Positions 22,490 to 33,634 of a stretch of DNA of 64,000 nucleotides are shown here, piece by piece. The position numbers and the translations under genes were made by a program. Each line of letters begins with the position of its first letter. The stretch's first letter is position 1. A model generated the notes under the pieces. The model had not been told where the DNA came from. It searched no databases and saw nothing but the letters and a program-made list of their open reading frames with translations. Origin of the DNA: an uncultured Bacilli bacterium (lineage in GTDB: Bacteria > Bacillota_I > Bacilli_A > RF39 > UBA660); the NCBI GenBank assembly GCA_963931185.1, contig OZ006981.1, positions 79,311 through 143,310 of the forward strand, read 5' to 3'.

Positions 22490-23740
22490 TTAAATCACTT
22501 CAACTTCAATCTTTCCATCAGAAAGCTCTATATCTAAGTGATCTTTTTTCTTTAGATTTTTTTTACTACTAACTATTTTATTTTCTTTTTTTACAATTGA
22601 ATAACCTCTTTTTATTGTTAAAAGAGGATTTAATACTTCTAATTTACTTATAATATTTACATATTTATGTTTTTTTTCTTTTAAAGTATTTAAAATTGCC
22701 TTATCTAAATTATTCTTTAAAAGAATTAACCTATTACTATTAATATTTAAAATATTTTTTTGAACATTTGTGAGTCTATTTAATAAATTATCATATTTTT
22801 CTTCTTTAACCTGATAAATTGTTAAAGGATTTTTTAAAATATAATTATTTTTTAAATTTAATAAATTTTTCTTTTTTAAATCTAAAATGTTATTTATCGA
22901 ATTAATAGATCTAATTTTTAACTGTGTTAAAAAATTAATAATATCATTTATATTAGGAACAGCAAGTTCTGCAGCACCTGTAGGAGTTGGTGCTCGTAAA
23001 TCAGCAACAAAATCACAAATAGTAAAATCTATTTCATGTCCAACAGCAGAAATAACCGGTGTATCTAAATTAAATATTGCTCGTGCAACTATTTCTTCAT
23101 TAAAACACCATAAATCTTCGATTGATCCACCACCACGTCCAATAATTAAAACATCTAAATCATAATTTTTAGAAAGCTCTATATTTCTTACAATATCATT
23201 AGCAGCTTCTTTTCCTTGAACAAGTGACGGAAAAAGAATGGTTTCTGCAAGGGGCCATCTTCTTTTTATAGTTGATAAAATGTCCTTTATAGCGGCACCA
23301 GTAGGAGCAGTTATTATTCCGATTTTTTGTGGTATTAAAGGAATTTTTTTCTTCTTAGACTTATCAAAAAGTCCTTCTTTTTCTAATTTTTTCTTTAATT
23401 CTTCAAAAGCAATATAAAGATTACCAACACCATCTTCTTCTAATGACTCAACATATATTTGATAATTACCACTTGGTTCATAAACACTTATTTTACCAGT
23501 TACTAATACCTTCATTCCATCCAAAGGAACTATATTTAATTTAGAAGCATATGTACTAAACATAATAGCATTAATCCTAGTATTTTCATCTTTAATAGTA
23601 AAATATAAATGTCCTCTACTATGGGCCTTAAAATTTGATATTTCACCTTTAAGATAAACTTTCATCAAATTTTGATCATTGTCTAAACGATATTTTATAT
23701 ATTTAGTAAGCTGAGTTACAGTAATATAATTATTATTCAT
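22490..23740 (-). CDS. xseA: exodeoxyribonuclease VII large subunit
   Basis: N-terminal OB-fold (VTQLTKYIKYRLDND...VYLKGEISNFK) and the catalytic region GRGGGSIEDLWCFNEE. Confidence 0.85.
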   Translation of the reverse strand: MNNNYITVTQLTKYIKYRLDNDQNLMKVYLKGEISNFKAHSRGHLYFTIKDENTRINAIMFSTYASKLNIVPLDGMKVLVTGKISVYEPSGNYQIYVESLEEDGVGNLYIAFEELKKKLEKEGLFDKSKKKKIPLIPQKIGIITAPTGAAIKDILSTIKRRWPLAETILFPSLVQGKEAANDIVRNIELSKNYDLDVLIIGRGGGSIEDLWCFNEEIVARAIFNLDTPVISAVGHEIDFTICDFVADLRAPTPTGAAELAVPNINDIINFLTQLKIRSINSINNILDLKKKNLLNLKNNYILKNPLTIYQVKEEKYDNLLNRLTNVQKNILNINSNRLILLKNNLDKAILNTLKEKKHKYVNIISKLEVLNPLLTIKRGYSIVKKENKIVSSKKNLKKKDHLDIELSDGKIEVEVI

Positions 23741-24146
23741 TTATTTCCTCATTATGATAAATTTTATCTAATGTAGCATTAATCATTTTAACTACTTTTT
23801 CGTCGCTATATTTTTTTGATAACTCAACTGCTTCATTTATTGCAACAACACTAGGAGTATCTGTATATAAAAGCTCATATATTCCAATGCTAAGAATTGC
23901 TTTATCTACTTTACTTAACCTTTCAATATTCCAATCTTGGAGATATTTATTTGCCATATTAGAAATTTTGTTCTGATTTTTTATAATATTATTTACAAGG
24001 CTATTAACAAAATCATTTTCAACTTCTAATTGTTCTTTTATAAGACTATCAATATCATATGTAGTATTACTATTCTGATAAATATATACTTGATATAACA
24101 CTTTCATTGCTATTTCTCTTAATTCACTTCTATTTTTCATTTGCAA
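23733..24146 (-). CDS. nusB: transcription antitermination factor NusB
   Basis: 137-aa all-helical protein (RSELREIAMKVLYQV...) upstream of xseA, as in Bacillus. Confidence 0.8.
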   Translation of the reverse strand: MQMKNRSELREIAMKVLYQVYIYQNSNTTYDIDSLIKEQLEVENDFVNSLVNNIIKNQNKISNMANKYLQDWNIERLSKVDKAILSIGIYELLYTDTPSVVAINEAVELSKKYSDEKVVKMINATLDKIYHNEEINE

Positions 24147-24195
24147 TCACCTATAGAAATTTTAGCATAAATAAAAAATAAAGTCATTATAAACT

Positions 24196-25023
24196 TTATT
24201 TTTTAATTAGTAATTTTTTTGATAGACTGTTAGGACTACTTACTATATCATCATTATGTTCTGTTTGTTCGCTATTAGTTTTATCATTTGTTTCAAATAA
24301 TTCTATTGATTGATCTAATAAGGAATAATCAAAATTTTCTAAGTCATCATATGAAAATATTTCAATATCTTCAAATTTTTTTTTCAAAAGATTCGTTGTT
24401 TTTCTTATTAAACGTGATGCATAAGATTGAGATACACCTAATTTATTGGCAATTTCTTCTTGAGTATATAGTTTATCATAAAAACCAAAATATAATTTAA
24501 CTGCTTCTTGATGTTTTTCTGGAATTTGTTCTAACACCTTTTTTACTAGCTCAAGCATTTGGTTCCGAACCTGTAGATTCAAAAGATCTTTTTCAAAATC
24601 AGTATTATCAATCAATAAATCTTTTAAAGTATCATCACAATCATCTCTAAAAGCAGGTTCATCTAAGCTTCTACTTATATATCTATTTTTTTTGTTTTTT
24701 CTTAAAAACATTAATATTTCGTTATCTATACATGCAGCAAAATAAGTAAATGGCTTTATCCCTTTTTCTAAATTAAATGTATCTATACCTTTTATTAGGC
24801 CTATTATTCCAGTGTTTATTAAGTCATCACTATCGCAATTATTAATTCTAAATTTACATCTAACTGCAAATATAACATATCTTATATTATTTTCTATTAG
24901 AATATCTCTAGCTTCTTTTGACCCTTGGTGATATTCTTTAATTAATTTTATTTGCTCATCATAAGATAAATGTTGTAACATCTTTAAATCTTCATTATTA
25001 AAAAAATCATTATTAAAATTCAT
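24196..25023 (-). CDS. RNA polymerase sigma factor, sigma-70 family (group 3, sporulation/flagellar-type)
   Basis: Region 2 (DLINTGIIGLIKGIDTFNLEKGIKPFTYFAACIDNEI) and region 4 HTH (QEEIANKLGVSQSYASRLIRK). Confidence 0.6.
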   Translation of the reverse strand: MNFNNDFFNNEDLKMLQHLSYDEQIKLIKEYHQGSKEARDILIENNIRYVIFAVRCKFRINNCDSDDLINTGIIGLIKGIDTFNLEKGIKPFTYFAACIDNEILMFLRKNKKNRYISRSLDEPAFRDDCDDTLKDLLIDNTDFEKDLLNLQVRNQMLELVKKVLEQIPEKHQEAVKLYFGFYDKLYTQEEIANKLGVSQSYASRLIRKTTNLLKKKFEDIEIFSYDDLENFDYSLLDQSIELFETNDKTNSEQTEHNDDIVSSPNSLSKKLLIKK

Positions 25024-25118
25024 TTAATATCCTCCTGGTGATTGAGATATAATAAAATAAAAAGATTAAAAATGCAATAATTAGATATAAAATCCAACAA
25101 AATTAGACAATTTTATAA

Positions 25119-26390
25119 TTATTTAAATTCAAATTCATAATCCAAAATTCGAACTTTATCTCCATCTTGAACTCCCAATTCGCTAAGTTTTTTATCAATT
25201 CCCATTTTTCTTAACTTATTTCCAAAACGAATAGCAGCTTCTTCAGTATTGAATTTAGTCATTTTTAATAATTTTTCAATTTCTTTCCCTTTAATAACCC
25301 AAATATCATTTTCTTTAGTTACTGTATATGGTTCTTCTTTTTTGAACTTATATAATATATATGATTCAAATTTTTCTTCTTCATATAAATCTTCTTTTGG
25401 AAGTTTATCCAATAAATCTGCGATATTTTCCATAACTAAGTCTAGACCATCGTTAATAATAGCACTTACTTCAAAGATTTTAACATTTTTTACTTTTTTC
25501 TTAAATTCTTTTAGGTTGTCTTTAGCTTTTTCAATATCCATCTTATTAGCAATTATTATTTCTGGTCGTTTTAATAAATTTTCATTAAATTGTTTTAATT
25601 CATTTTTTATAACTAAATAATCTTCATAAGGATTTCTTCCTTCTGAACCGCTCATATCTATAACATGCGCTATAATTCTAGTCCTTTCAATGTGCTTTAA
25701 AAATTTATCTCCTAATCCTTCTCCTTTTGAAGCTCCTTCAATTAATCCTGGAAGATCTGCTATAACAAAGCTTTTATTGTTTTTTGCTTTAACTACTCCT
25801 AAATTAGGAGTAAGTGTTGTAAAATGATAGGCCGCTATTTTAGGTTTAGCTCTTGAAACCATAGAAATAATCGTACTTTTTCCAACACTAGGTAATCCTA
25901 CAAGTCCAACATCAGCTAAAAGCTTTAATTCAACTTTTAAATTTCTTTCTTCGCCAGGTTCTCCGTTTTCAGCAAAATTAGGAGCAGGATTACTTTGAGT
26001 CTTAAAAGCAGTATTACCTCTACCTCCTCTACCACCATATGCTACGATAACTTTATCATTTTTATTTTTTAAATCTGCTAAAACTAATCCAGTATCATTA
26101 TCAGTAATAACTGTACCTTGAGGTACCCTTACAATCACATCTTCAGCATTTGAGCCATTTTGATTTTTTCCCGATCCATTTTCACCTTTTTTACCTTTAA
26201 CTACTTTCATATAACGTAAATCAATTAAAGTATGTAATCCTTCATCAACAATAAATTTTATATCAGAACCTTTACCACCATTTCCACCAAATGGTCCTCC
26301 CATAGGAATATACTTTTCACGTCTAAATGCAAGACAACCATCCCCGCCTCTTCCTGCTTCAACATGTAATAAAACTTCATCTACAAACAT
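25119..26390 (-). CDS. obg: GTPase Obg/CgtA
   Basis: Obg-fold Gly-rich N-terminus, G-domain GLPSVGKSTII, DLPGLIEGA and the C-terminal TGS-like/OCT domain. Confidence 0.9.
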   Translation of the reverse strand: MFVDEVLLHVEAGRGGDGCLAFRREKYIPMGGPFGGNGGKGSDIKFIVDEGLHTLIDLRYMKVVKGKKGENGSGKNQNGSNAEDVIVRVPQGTVITDNDTGLVLADLKNKNDKVIVAYGGRGGRGNTAFKTQSNPAPNFAENGEPGEERNLKVELKLLADVGLVGLPSVGKSTIISMVSRAKPKIAAYHFTTLTPNLGVVKAKNNKSFVIADLPGLIEGASKGEGLGDKFLKHIERTRIIAHVIDMSGSEGRNPYEDYLVIKNELKQFNENLLKRPEIIIANKMDIEKAKDNLKEFKKKVKNVKIFEVSAIINDGLDLVMENIADLLDKLPKEDLYEEEKFESYILYKFKKEEPYTVTKENDIWVIKGKEIEKLLKMTKFNTEEAAIRFGNKLRKMGIDKKLSELGVQDGDKVRILDYEFEFK

Positions 26391-26394
26391 TTTA

Positions 26395-27126
26395 TTACCT
26401 CCTTTTAACCTTTCTATTTAAAATATCCTTTGTTAAATCATGTACCGAATCATATCTTCCTAAAGATACCTTTTGTAACATTTCATTATCACTAATAACA
26501 AAACCATTAAAATCATTAATCATTTCTAAATCATTTAAATTATCACCAATAGTATAAATCTCATTTGTAGAAATTGATAACTTATTTCTCAAAAAATTAA
26601 TAGGACTACTCTTTGATAAACCTTTACACTTAACCATAAAATAAAATAAACCATTATAACCATAATAACTGTAATCATAAAAAGGATTATTCTCTTTTAA
26701 TTGATAAAATTGATGAAAAAAATCCGAAGTAATATCTTTTTCATCAATAACTAATGCTAAACAACTAATATTTTCATCTGCAATATAATATGAAGAATAA
26801 TCTTTTGTATAAGCAAAATCTATTCTTTTACATTTACTTTTTTCACAAAGTGCTATTGCCTTAGAAATAACATCATGATTCATACTATGAGAAAATAATA
26901 AAGTTCCATTAGAATCATACAAATAACTACCATCGCATGTTGCTAAAAAATTATAAGGAATATTATGATTATAAACCTCACTTAACAAAGAATTATAACT
27001 TCTTCCACTTGATAATACAAATATATTCCCTTCCTTTATAAAAGAAGCAATAGACTGACAGTTTATCTTAATATCAGACTTTTTTCTATCAAAAGTACCA
27101 TCATAATCACTAACTAAAATACTCAT
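26395..27126 (-). CDS. HAD-superfamily hydrolase (Cof-like)
   Basis: N-terminal DYDGTF motif and C-terminal GDNLNDLEM motif. It occupies the slot between rpmA and obg. Confidence 0.6.
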   Translation of the reverse strand: MSILVSDYDGTFDRKKSDIKINCQSIASFIKEGNIFVLSSGRSYNSLLSEVYNHNIPYNFLATCDGSYLYDSNGTLLFSHSMNHDVISKAIALCEKSKCKRIDFAYTKDYSSYYIADENISCLALVIDEKDITSDFFHQFYQLKENNPFYDYSYYGYNGLFYFMVKCKGLSKSSPINFLRNKLSISTNEIYTIGDNLNDLEMINDFNGFVISDNEMLQKVSLGRYDSVHDLTKDILNRKVKRR

Positions 27127-27159
27127 AAAATCACCTATTAGATTATTATAGCATAAAAT

Positions 27160-27190
27160 AATTAAAAATAAAAAATAGCTTAAAGCTATT
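27160..27190 (-). terminator. rho-independent terminator after rpmA
   Basis: aatagctt-a-aagctatt hairpin with a downstream U tract on the minus strand. Confidence 0.45.
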
Positions 27191-27198
27191 TTCTATTA

Positions 27199-27489
27199 TT
27201 ACATTTCAACTGGATAGCAGCTTACTTTTTTACCATCTCTACCTAAACGTTCATATTTAACTACACCATCGATAGTTGTATATAAAGTATCATCGCTACC
27301 TTTTTTAACATTTACTCCAGGATGAATTTTAGTTCCTCTTTGACGATATAAAATAGAACCAGCTGTAACAAATTCTCCATCACTAGCTTTAGCACCTAAT
27401 CTACGTCCAGCAGAATCACGACCATTAGAAGTTGATCCTTGCCCTTTATGATGCGCAAATAATTGTAAATCTAACTTTAACATATTCAT
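27199..27489 (-). CDS. rpmA: 50S ribosomal protein L27
   Basis: [24 protein letters not shown]... The N-terminal 9-residue propeptide ending FAH is present; Prp is expected to cleave it off. Confidence 0.9.
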   Translation of the reverse strand: MNMLKLDLQLFAHHKGQGSTSNGRDSAGRRLGAKASDGEFVTAGSILYRQRGTKIHPGVNVKKGSDDTLYTTIDGVVKYERLGRDGKKVSCYPVEM

Positions 27490-27800
27490 AAGTTCTCCTT
27501 TCTAATTTTAATATTTTTAGGATAATCTTTTTCTATTTCATTTAACATATTTATCATATTTACAATAATTTTATCGACAATTTCATTATTAACTTTTATA
27601 TCAATAACAAATTTATCTTTCATACTTAAATAGCAAATATAATTATCATCAAACATTAAAATAGCATTAACTGTTGTTGTAACAATGCTTGAAACAGCAC
27701 TACACACAATATCCTTTCCATATTCAGAATAACATGCATGCCCTGTAATAATTATTTGTTTTATTAAAGTATCTTTATATGATATTTTAACTTTAATCAT
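27486..27800 (-). CDS. prp: ribosomal-processing cysteine protease Prp
   Basis: 104-aa protein between rplU and rpmA with the [17 protein letters not shown] catalytic Cys/His pattern. Confidence 0.75.
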   Translation of the reverse strand: MIKVKISYKDTLIKQIIITGHACYSEYGKDIVCSAVSSIVTTTVNAILMFDDNYICYLSMKDKFVIDIKVNNEIVDKIIVNMINMLNEIEKDYPKNIKIRKENL

Positions 27801-27802
27801 TA

Positions 27803-28105
27803 TTATCCTTCAATTTTAGTAATAGTTACTTTTGTATAAGGTTGTCTATGTCCATGTGTACGACGATTAGCACGATCTTTTTGTTTATATTTGAAAACTA
27901 AAATTTTCTTTTGTTTACCATGCTTTTCAATTTTACCTTCGACAACAGCACCATTAACATAAGGATTTCCTACCTTAGTATCAAGCATTAATACTTCGTT
28001 AAATCTAACTGTATCGCCAACATTTCCATTAATTTTTTCAACATAAATAGTATCACCTAAAGATGCTAAAACTTGCTTTCCACCAACTTTGATAACTGCT
28101 TTCAT
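27803..28105 (-). CDS. rplU: 50S ribosomal protein L21
   Basis: MKAVIKVGGKQV...canonical L21. Confidence 0.9.
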   Translation of the reverse strand: MKAVIKVGGKQVLASLGDTIYVEKINGNVGDTVRFNEVLMLDTKVGNPYVNGAVVEGKIEKHGKQKKILVFKYKQKDRANRRTHGHRQPYTKVTITKIEG

Positions 28106-28196
28106 ACGTTCCTCCTTTTAATAATTCTGACTCGCTCTTAAGGTACATAAAGTTTAAACCTTTTCAATGCGGTTTGAGCTATAGAGGCTACAAACA
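28106..28196 (-). ncRNA. structured 5' leader of rplU operon (L21-leader-like)
   Basis: About 90-nt untranslated leader between a sigma-A-type promoter and rplU, at the position of the Firmicute L21 autoregulatory leader. Structure not verified. Confidence 0.35.
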
Positions 28197-28203
28197 TATA
28201 GAT

Positions 28204-28231
28204 AATATCATAAAATATCCTTATAGTCAAA
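28204..28231 (-). promoter_or_regulatory. sigma-A-type promoter of rplU-prp-rpmA (TTGACT-17-TATTAT)
   Basis: Read on the minus strand: ttgact ataaggatattttatga tattat. Confidence 0.45.
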
Positions 28232-28269
28232 TGTTTTTAATTACAAATACTACAAAATAAAAAAATATA

Positions 28270-28485
28270 TTACATATATTTTTCCATTTGCTTCATCATT
28301 TGATTAACTTGCTTTTGCGAAGGAGTTCTTCCCATTTGCATCATTAAAGCTTTAATCATTTCCTCATTTATTGGAGGATTTTTCTTTAAATATTTCATCA
28401 TATATTTTTTAGCTATAAAAAAACCAATTATTGCACCAACAATAAGTATACCTATAACTTTTAATATGTCCAAAAATAATTCCAT
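28270..28485 (-). CDS. yneF: UPF0154 family small membrane protein YneF
   Basis: [67 protein letters not shown] matches the YneF family pattern. AGGAG RBS. Confidence 0.7.
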   Translation of the reverse strand: MELFLDILKVIGILIVGAIIGFFIAKKYMMKYLKKNPPINEEMIKALMMQMGRTPSQKQVNQMMKQMEKYM

Positions 28486-28525
28486 CTTATCATCTCCTGT
28501 ACATAATATACTAAAAATACTAAAA

Positions 28526-28951
28526 TTATACAAGTACTTTTAATTGGTTAATATAAAAATAATCATGATTATTAAAATCACAAACAAAAATATATTTATC
28601 CATATCATTTAAAAACTCAAAAAATTCCGTACAATTTTTATTAGAATTTATTACAATATAACTTTTTTTAATTTTCATAATGCTAACCTCATCACGATAC
28701 AAATTATTTATGATATGTTCATCACCTTTTTTACAATACTTCATTTTATTATGCAGTCTAATAAAAAGTTTCTTATCCAGTTCATCTTTATCAAAATGAT
28801 TTACTATTTGTTTAAATAAATTGTTACCATAATCTAAATCTTCTTTTTTAAAATGATAAAGCTGATTTAAAAAACTGTAAAGAACACTTGGAGTTTCTTT
28901 ATATAGTTCATAAAATTCTTCCTTTATTTTAAATGCATAAAATATTCTCAT
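28526..28951 (-). CDS. sirA: sporulation inhibitor of replication SirA (YneE)-like
   Basis: [13 protein letters not shown]...SV.YSF resembles the SirA N-terminus (YTYLIKEEF...SV.FELF). The tkt-yneE(sirA)-yneF gene order is conserved with B. subtilis. Confidence 0.5.
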   Translation of the reverse strand: MRIFYAFKIKEEFYELYKETPSVLYSFLNQLYHFKKEDLDYGNNLFKQIVNHFDKDELDKKLFIRLHNKMKYCKKGDEHIINNLYRDEVSIMKIKKSYIVINSNKNCTEFFEFLNDMDKYIFVCDFNNHDYFYINQLKVLV

Positions 28952-29023
28952 ATAATCACCAATATTATAATATAAAATAATACATAAAAAAATTGTCAAA
29001 AAAAAGCAAAAATTTTTTTTGCT

Positions 29024-31015
29024 CTATTTTATCATATTTTCTATCTTAATTTGTATTTTATCAATAGTTAATCCATACTTTCTTAAAACATCTTCTCTTT
29101 TACCACTTGAACCAAAATTATCTATTGTAAACAAGTATTCACTATTTTTTACATACTTATACCAAGATTGTGAGGATGCTGCTTCAACAACAAAAATTGG
29201 GACATTATCCGGTAAAATTTCTCTTTTATATTTTTCATCTTGTTTTTCAAAACGTGACATAGATGGCATACTAACAACTCTAATACCATACCCTTTTTCT
29301 AACAAATTATTATATACATTAATAGCTAATTCTACTTCTTCTCCAGTAGCAATAATTATAGCTTCTAGGTTTTTAATTTCTTTTTTAACTACATATGCAC
29401 CATTAATAACTTCAGTACTACTAGTGGAATCTTCAATACGAACTTTATTACGCCCAAGAATTATAGCTGCTGGCTTTCGTAATTCTAATATTGCTTTATA
29501 AGTACCAATAACTTCATTTGCATCTGCTGGTCTATAAGTATCAAAATTAGGAATTGCTCTAAGAGAAGCAAGTTGTTCAACCGGTTGATGAGTTGGTCCA
29601 TCTTCCCCAACTGAAATAGAATCATGTGTGAAAACATAGATAACTGGTAAGTCCATAAGAGCGGTCATTCTAAGTCCAGGTTTTAAATAATCAGAAAAAG
29701 TAAAAAAAGTAGAAACAAATGGTGTAAGATTAGATAAAGCCAAACCATTAGCTATAGCGGCCATCGCGTTCTCCCTTATTCCAAAGTTAATATTTCTTCC
29801 GCTAGGAGTAATAGAACTAAAATCAAGAGTATTATTTATTCTTGCAGTAGTTGATTTAGAAACATCAGCACTTCCTCCAATAAGAAATGGATAACTATCA
29901 GCTATAGAATTTATTATTTTACCTGATACATTTCTTGTCGCATCTTTACCATCTTCTGGGAAACTATAATATATATCTTTTAGTTTAATAGGCATCTTAT
30001 TATTTAATAATAAATTTAAATTAGTAGATAATTCATCACTTAAAGTACTTATTTTTTCTTTCCACAAATTTATTTTTTCTTTTGTTCTAGATACTATCAT
30101 ATTATTAAAATCATTTTTTGCTTCCAAAGATATAGTAAATGGTATTTCTCTTACACCAAGTTTATTCTTTATATTAACAATATCACTTTCATCTAATGGA
30201 GAGCCGTGAACTAATGAGGTACCTTCATTTTTACTATATTTTCCTATTATTGTCTTAATTTCAATAATTGTTGGTTTGTTAGGAAGAGAACCATTTTTAG
30301 CTTTGTTTATAGCTTCATCTATTAATTGTATATTTTCACCATCACTAACTAATAAATAATTCCAGTTCATTGCTTCAAATCTTTGTTTAATATTTTCGTT
30401 AAAAGAAGACCTCAATGACCCATCCAAAGTAACATCATTTGAATCATACAACACAATTAGTTTATTTAGCCCCAATAGTCCCGCCAAAGAACAAGCCTCA
30501 TAACTAATTCCTTCCATTAAATCACCATCACCACACAAAACGTAAGTATAATAATCAATAATTTCTTTGCTAAAATATTGACGAAGATAACATTCACCAA
30601 TAGCAAATCCAACGCTATTAGCAATTCCCTCACCTAATGGACCAGTTGAAACATCAACTCCTTTAGTTACGTTTAATTCTGGATGACCAGGTAAATTCGA
30701 GTCTAATTGTCTAAATTTTTTTAAGTCATCAAACGAAATATCAAAACCTGCCATAAATAAAGTTGCATATAAAAGAGCTGATCCATGTCCAGCCGACATA
30801 ATAAATCTGTCTCTGTTAATCCATTTATCATTTTCTATATCAATATTAATATGATTTGCATACAAAGTTGCAATAATTGGAGCAGCTCCTAATACTATTC
30901 CAGGATGACCACTTTTAGCATTGTCAATCATATCAATCCCAAGAGCTCTAATATTATCAATTATTCTTTTCAATTCATTATTATCTTCTTTTTTTATAGC
31001 AATCATCTTTTTCAC
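29024..31015 (-). CDS. tkt: transketolase
   Basis: 663 aa with the ThDP-binding GHPG...GDGDLMEG motif and transketolase pyrimidine and C-terminal domains. Confidence 0.9.
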   Translation of the reverse strand: MKKMIAIKKEDNNELKRIIDNIRALGIDMIDNAKSGHPGIVLGAAPIIATLYANHINIDIENDKWINRDRFIMSAGHGSALLYATLFMAGFDISFDDLKKFRQLDSNLPGHPELNVTKGVDVSTGPLGEGIANSVGFAIGECYLRQYFSKEIIDYYTYVLCGDGDLMEGISYEACSLAGLLGLNKLIVLYDSNDVTLDGSLRSSFNENIKQRFEAMNWNYLLVSDGENIQLIDEAINKAKNGSLPNKPTIIEIKTIIGKYSKNEGTSLVHGSPLDESDIVNIKNKLGVREIPFTISLEAKNDFNNMIVSRTKEKINLWKEKISTLSDELSTNLNLLLNNKMPIKLKDIYYSFPEDGKDATRNVSGKIINSIADSYPFLIGGSADVSKSTTARINNTLDFSSITPSGRNINFGIRENAMAAIANGLALSNLTPFVSTFFTFSDYLKPGLRMTALMDLPVIYVFTHDSISVGEDGPTHQPVEQLASLRAIPNFDTYRPADANEVIGTYKAILELRKPAAIILGRNKVRIEDSTSSTEVINGAYVVKKEIKNLEAIIIATGEEVELAINVYNNLLEKGYGIRVVSMPSMSRFEKQDEKYKREILPDNVPIFVVEAASSQSWYKYVKNSEYLFTIDNFGSSGKREDVLRKYGLTIDKIQIKIENMIK

Positions 31016-31821
31016 TCCTGTCTAACTAATTCATCATATAAACGTTCTAACACTATAGCGACACCTTCTTGATCATTTGATAAAGTCACAAATTTTGCTA
31101 TTTTCTTTAAATTATCTGTGGCATTATTCATAGCAACCTTAATGTTAGAAACTTGTAACATTTCAATATCATTGTCAGAATCTCCTATTGCCATAGTTTT
31201 ATTAATATCTATTTTTAAATAGTCACACAAAAATTTAACTGCATTACCTTTTGATACATCAACGTTAGTTATATCATAAAACAAAATTTTGTTATTATCC
31301 TTAGGATTTCTAGACTTATTAGAAATTTTTACTCCAGAAATAGTAGATATTTCTTTTTTAAATTTTTTCATAGACTCAATATCAAAGGATTCGACAATTA
31401 ATTGAGAAATTTTTTCATTTAAAATATCATCAAGAGAATTTATAATTTTCTTACCTGGATCTCCAAAATCTTTATTTGTATAAGATTTAAGTAGACAATT
31501 AGCTATAAAAAAGAGATTGTATTTTTTTATTAATTCACTAAGTTTGATAAGAATTTCATTAGAAATTATACTATTATATATAACTTTTTTATTAAAATAA
31601 TTATATATTTCAGCACCATTTGATGCAATAACATAATTACTTGCAGAAAATTGTTTGCTAAGTGATATTGTATAATTCAATGGCCTTCCTGTTGTAAATA
31701 CAACTTGAACACCTATATCTGATAATTTTTCTATAATTATTTTATTTCTGACACTAATTTTTTGATAACTGTCTTTCAATGTACCATCTAAATCAACAAA
31801 AACTATCTTTGTATTTTTCAC
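31012..31821 (-). CDS. Cof-type HAD-IIB phosphatase
   Basis: VFVDLDGTL N-terminal motif and GDSDNDIEM C-terminal motif. Confidence 0.7.
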   Translation of the reverse strand: MKNTKIVFVDLDGTLKDSYQKISVRNKIIIEKLSDIGVQVVFTTGRPLNYTISLSKQFSASNYVIASNGAEIYNYFNKKVIYNSIISNEILIKLSELIKKYNLFFIANCLLKSYTNKDFGDPGKKIINSLDDILNEKISQLIVESFDIESMKKFKKEISTISGVKISNKSRNPKDNNKILFYDITNVDVSKGNAVKFLCDYLKIDINKTMAIGDSDNDIEMLQVSNIKVAMNNATDNLKKIAKFVTLSNDQEGVAIVLERLYDELVRQE

Positions 31822-31945
31822 ATTATCACCTACAATTTACTATAGCAATATAATACAACAAAATTGTTAGTTAGTAAACAAAAAGTAATTACTACTAAAT
31901 AAACTTATTAATATTTTATACAAAAGAATAAAAAGCTATACTATT

Positions 31946-32539
31946 TTATCGATGTAACAATTTAATTTTAGATAATTCTATTTGTTTTTCATCATCAGCA
32001 AACTCACTATTTGTTGAATCAATTATTGGAATATTAATTTTCTTATCATTTAATTTCTTTTTAATAGTAATTATATCATTAACAATTTCGTCCTTAGTTT
32101 TTTCTCTTGTAAAATGAGCAATGGGATAGCCTATTGCTATAAACTTAGAAATTGGTATTGGAATTGCCGTTTGCACTTCATCCATGTAATACGAATACCT
32201 ATATGGACTATCATCATTTTTATTATTAAAAACACTTGAATCATCAAACCCAAAATCAATATAATTAGGATAAACTATACCATCAATTTCACTAGAAATA
32301 ACTACACATAAATTTCCCTGTATTAATTCATTATAAGCTGAACGAAAATATCTACACATATCATCTGTCATTAAAGTTTTTTGTACTAATGAAATATAAG
32401 AATTACCATTAAAAATATTGTTAGCATCATCTACTCCGTTAACTATCATCTTTCTTGGTAAAATAAAGCCGCTATCAAAAACTCTAAGCAATGTATCTAA
32501 ATTAAAATTTCTAAATCTATGATAAAAATATGATTCCAT
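31946..32539 (-). CDS. hypothetical protein (197 aa)
   Basis: ORF with no recognisable motifs. Forms a tight pair (3-nt spacing) with the upstream 238-aa ORF. Confidence 0.45.
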   Translation of the reverse strand: MESYFYHRFRNFNLDTLLRVFDSGFILPRKMIVNGVDDANNIFNGNSYISLVQKTLMTDDMCRYFRSAYNELIQGNLCVVISSEIDGIVYPNYIDFGFDDSSVFNNKNDDSPYRYSYYMDEVQTAIPIPISKFIAIGYPIAHFTREKTKDEIVNDIITIKKKLNDKKINIPIIDSTNSEFADDEKQIELSKIKLLHR

Positions 32540-32542
32540 AAA

Positions 32543-33259
32543 TTATTGCCTTATCAACATATATTTTTTTAGCTTAGAATTACCTATTTGCGTATATCCA
32601 TAGTTTAATCCATTTTTAATTTTTGTAATTTCTTCTATTAAATGACTAACATCAAATGAAGTTGCTTTAATTTCTATTTTCTTCACATGATCATCACAGT
32701 GTGTAGAAACAATAACATATGTCGCGTCTTCAACTTCAACCGTTTCTTCATCAGATACAACATTAGAATATCGACTATCATAATAAGTAGGGATAACATT
32801 GCCATCCGTAAAAATTTGTGTCCCTAGACTTACACGTCCAGTATTTTGATAATAAACTCTATATACACCATCCGGTGTTTCATTCTTAAAGTCTACTAAA
32901 ATCTTATCATCATTAATGCTTTTTTCACAATAATTATAAAATAAAACAGCTTCTTCAAATTTTAAGAATATTTCACCATATTTTTCTTTTATTGCAGCTT
33001 TTAAATCATCAGTTAAAGAAAAACTTATTTCAAAGCTCTCTGAAATATCTGTTATAAAATCTTGAGTACAAACATCAAATAAATTAATAGCTGGTTTTTC
33101 CAAAATATTTTCAACATAGCTTTCCCCTAAAATATTAATTAAATTTATAGTCAAAAGTCTAAACTTACTTACAGAAATTTTATTTATTTCATTATCTGAC
33201 AATAAAGTATATAATATTTTGGCTAATTCATTACCATTTATTTTTTTCATGTATAACAA
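32543..33259 (-). CDS. hypothetical protein (238 aa)
   Basis: ORF downstream of the tRNA pair. No signal peptide and no recognisable domain. Confidence 0.45.
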   Translation of the reverse strand: MLYMKKINGNELAKILYTLLSDNEINKISVSKFRLLTINLINILGESYVENILEKPAINLFDVCTQDFITDISESFEISFSLTDDLKAAIKEKYGEIFLKFEEAVLFYNYCEKSINDDKILVDFKNETPDGVYRVYYQNTGRVSLGTQIFTDGNVIPTYYDSRYSNVVSDEETVEVEDATYVIVSTHCDDHVKKIEIKATSFDVSHLIEEITKIKNGLNYGYTQIGNSKLKKYMLIRQ

Positions 33260-33291
33260 TCACCCGTGATTGCTTATTCTAACACAAAGTC

Positions 33292-33327
33292 ACAAAAAAA
33301 GCAAGAAATGAAGACAAACCTTGCTTT
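33292..33327 (-). terminator. rho-independent terminator after tRNA-Met/tRNA-Leu
   Basis: Minus-strand stem aaagcaag/cttgcttt followed by an eight-nt U run. Confidence 0.5.
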
Positions 33328-33543
33328 TACTTTACAATTACAATAATTTAATATTATATTAAATAATATAATACCTTACGATACTTTATCATTTATTTTC
33401 TCGAACTATACTTAAAATTTAACCAATATAAAACTTCTTACGATATAAAAAAAATAACCACCAAACTTTTTTAAAATTAAAAAAAGATTAACTAAAATTA
33501 ACCTTTCATATATTTAAAGCCAATTAACTGACTAAATTACTTA

Positions 33544-33628
33544 TGGTGCGGGTGACAGGAGTTGAACCTGCAAACCTCACGGCGCTAGATCCTAAGTCTA
33601 GTGCGTCTGCCAATTCCGCCACACCCGC
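33544..33628 (-). tRNA. tRNA-Leu (anticodon UAG), class II, CCA encoded
   Basis: Hand-folded cloverleaf with 7-bp acceptor GCGGGTG/CACCCGC, anticodon stem CTAGA/TCTAG, loop CTTAGGA, a 13-nt variable arm, T-loop TTCAACT and 3' ACCA. Confidence 0.85.
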
Positions 33629-33634
33629 ACATAA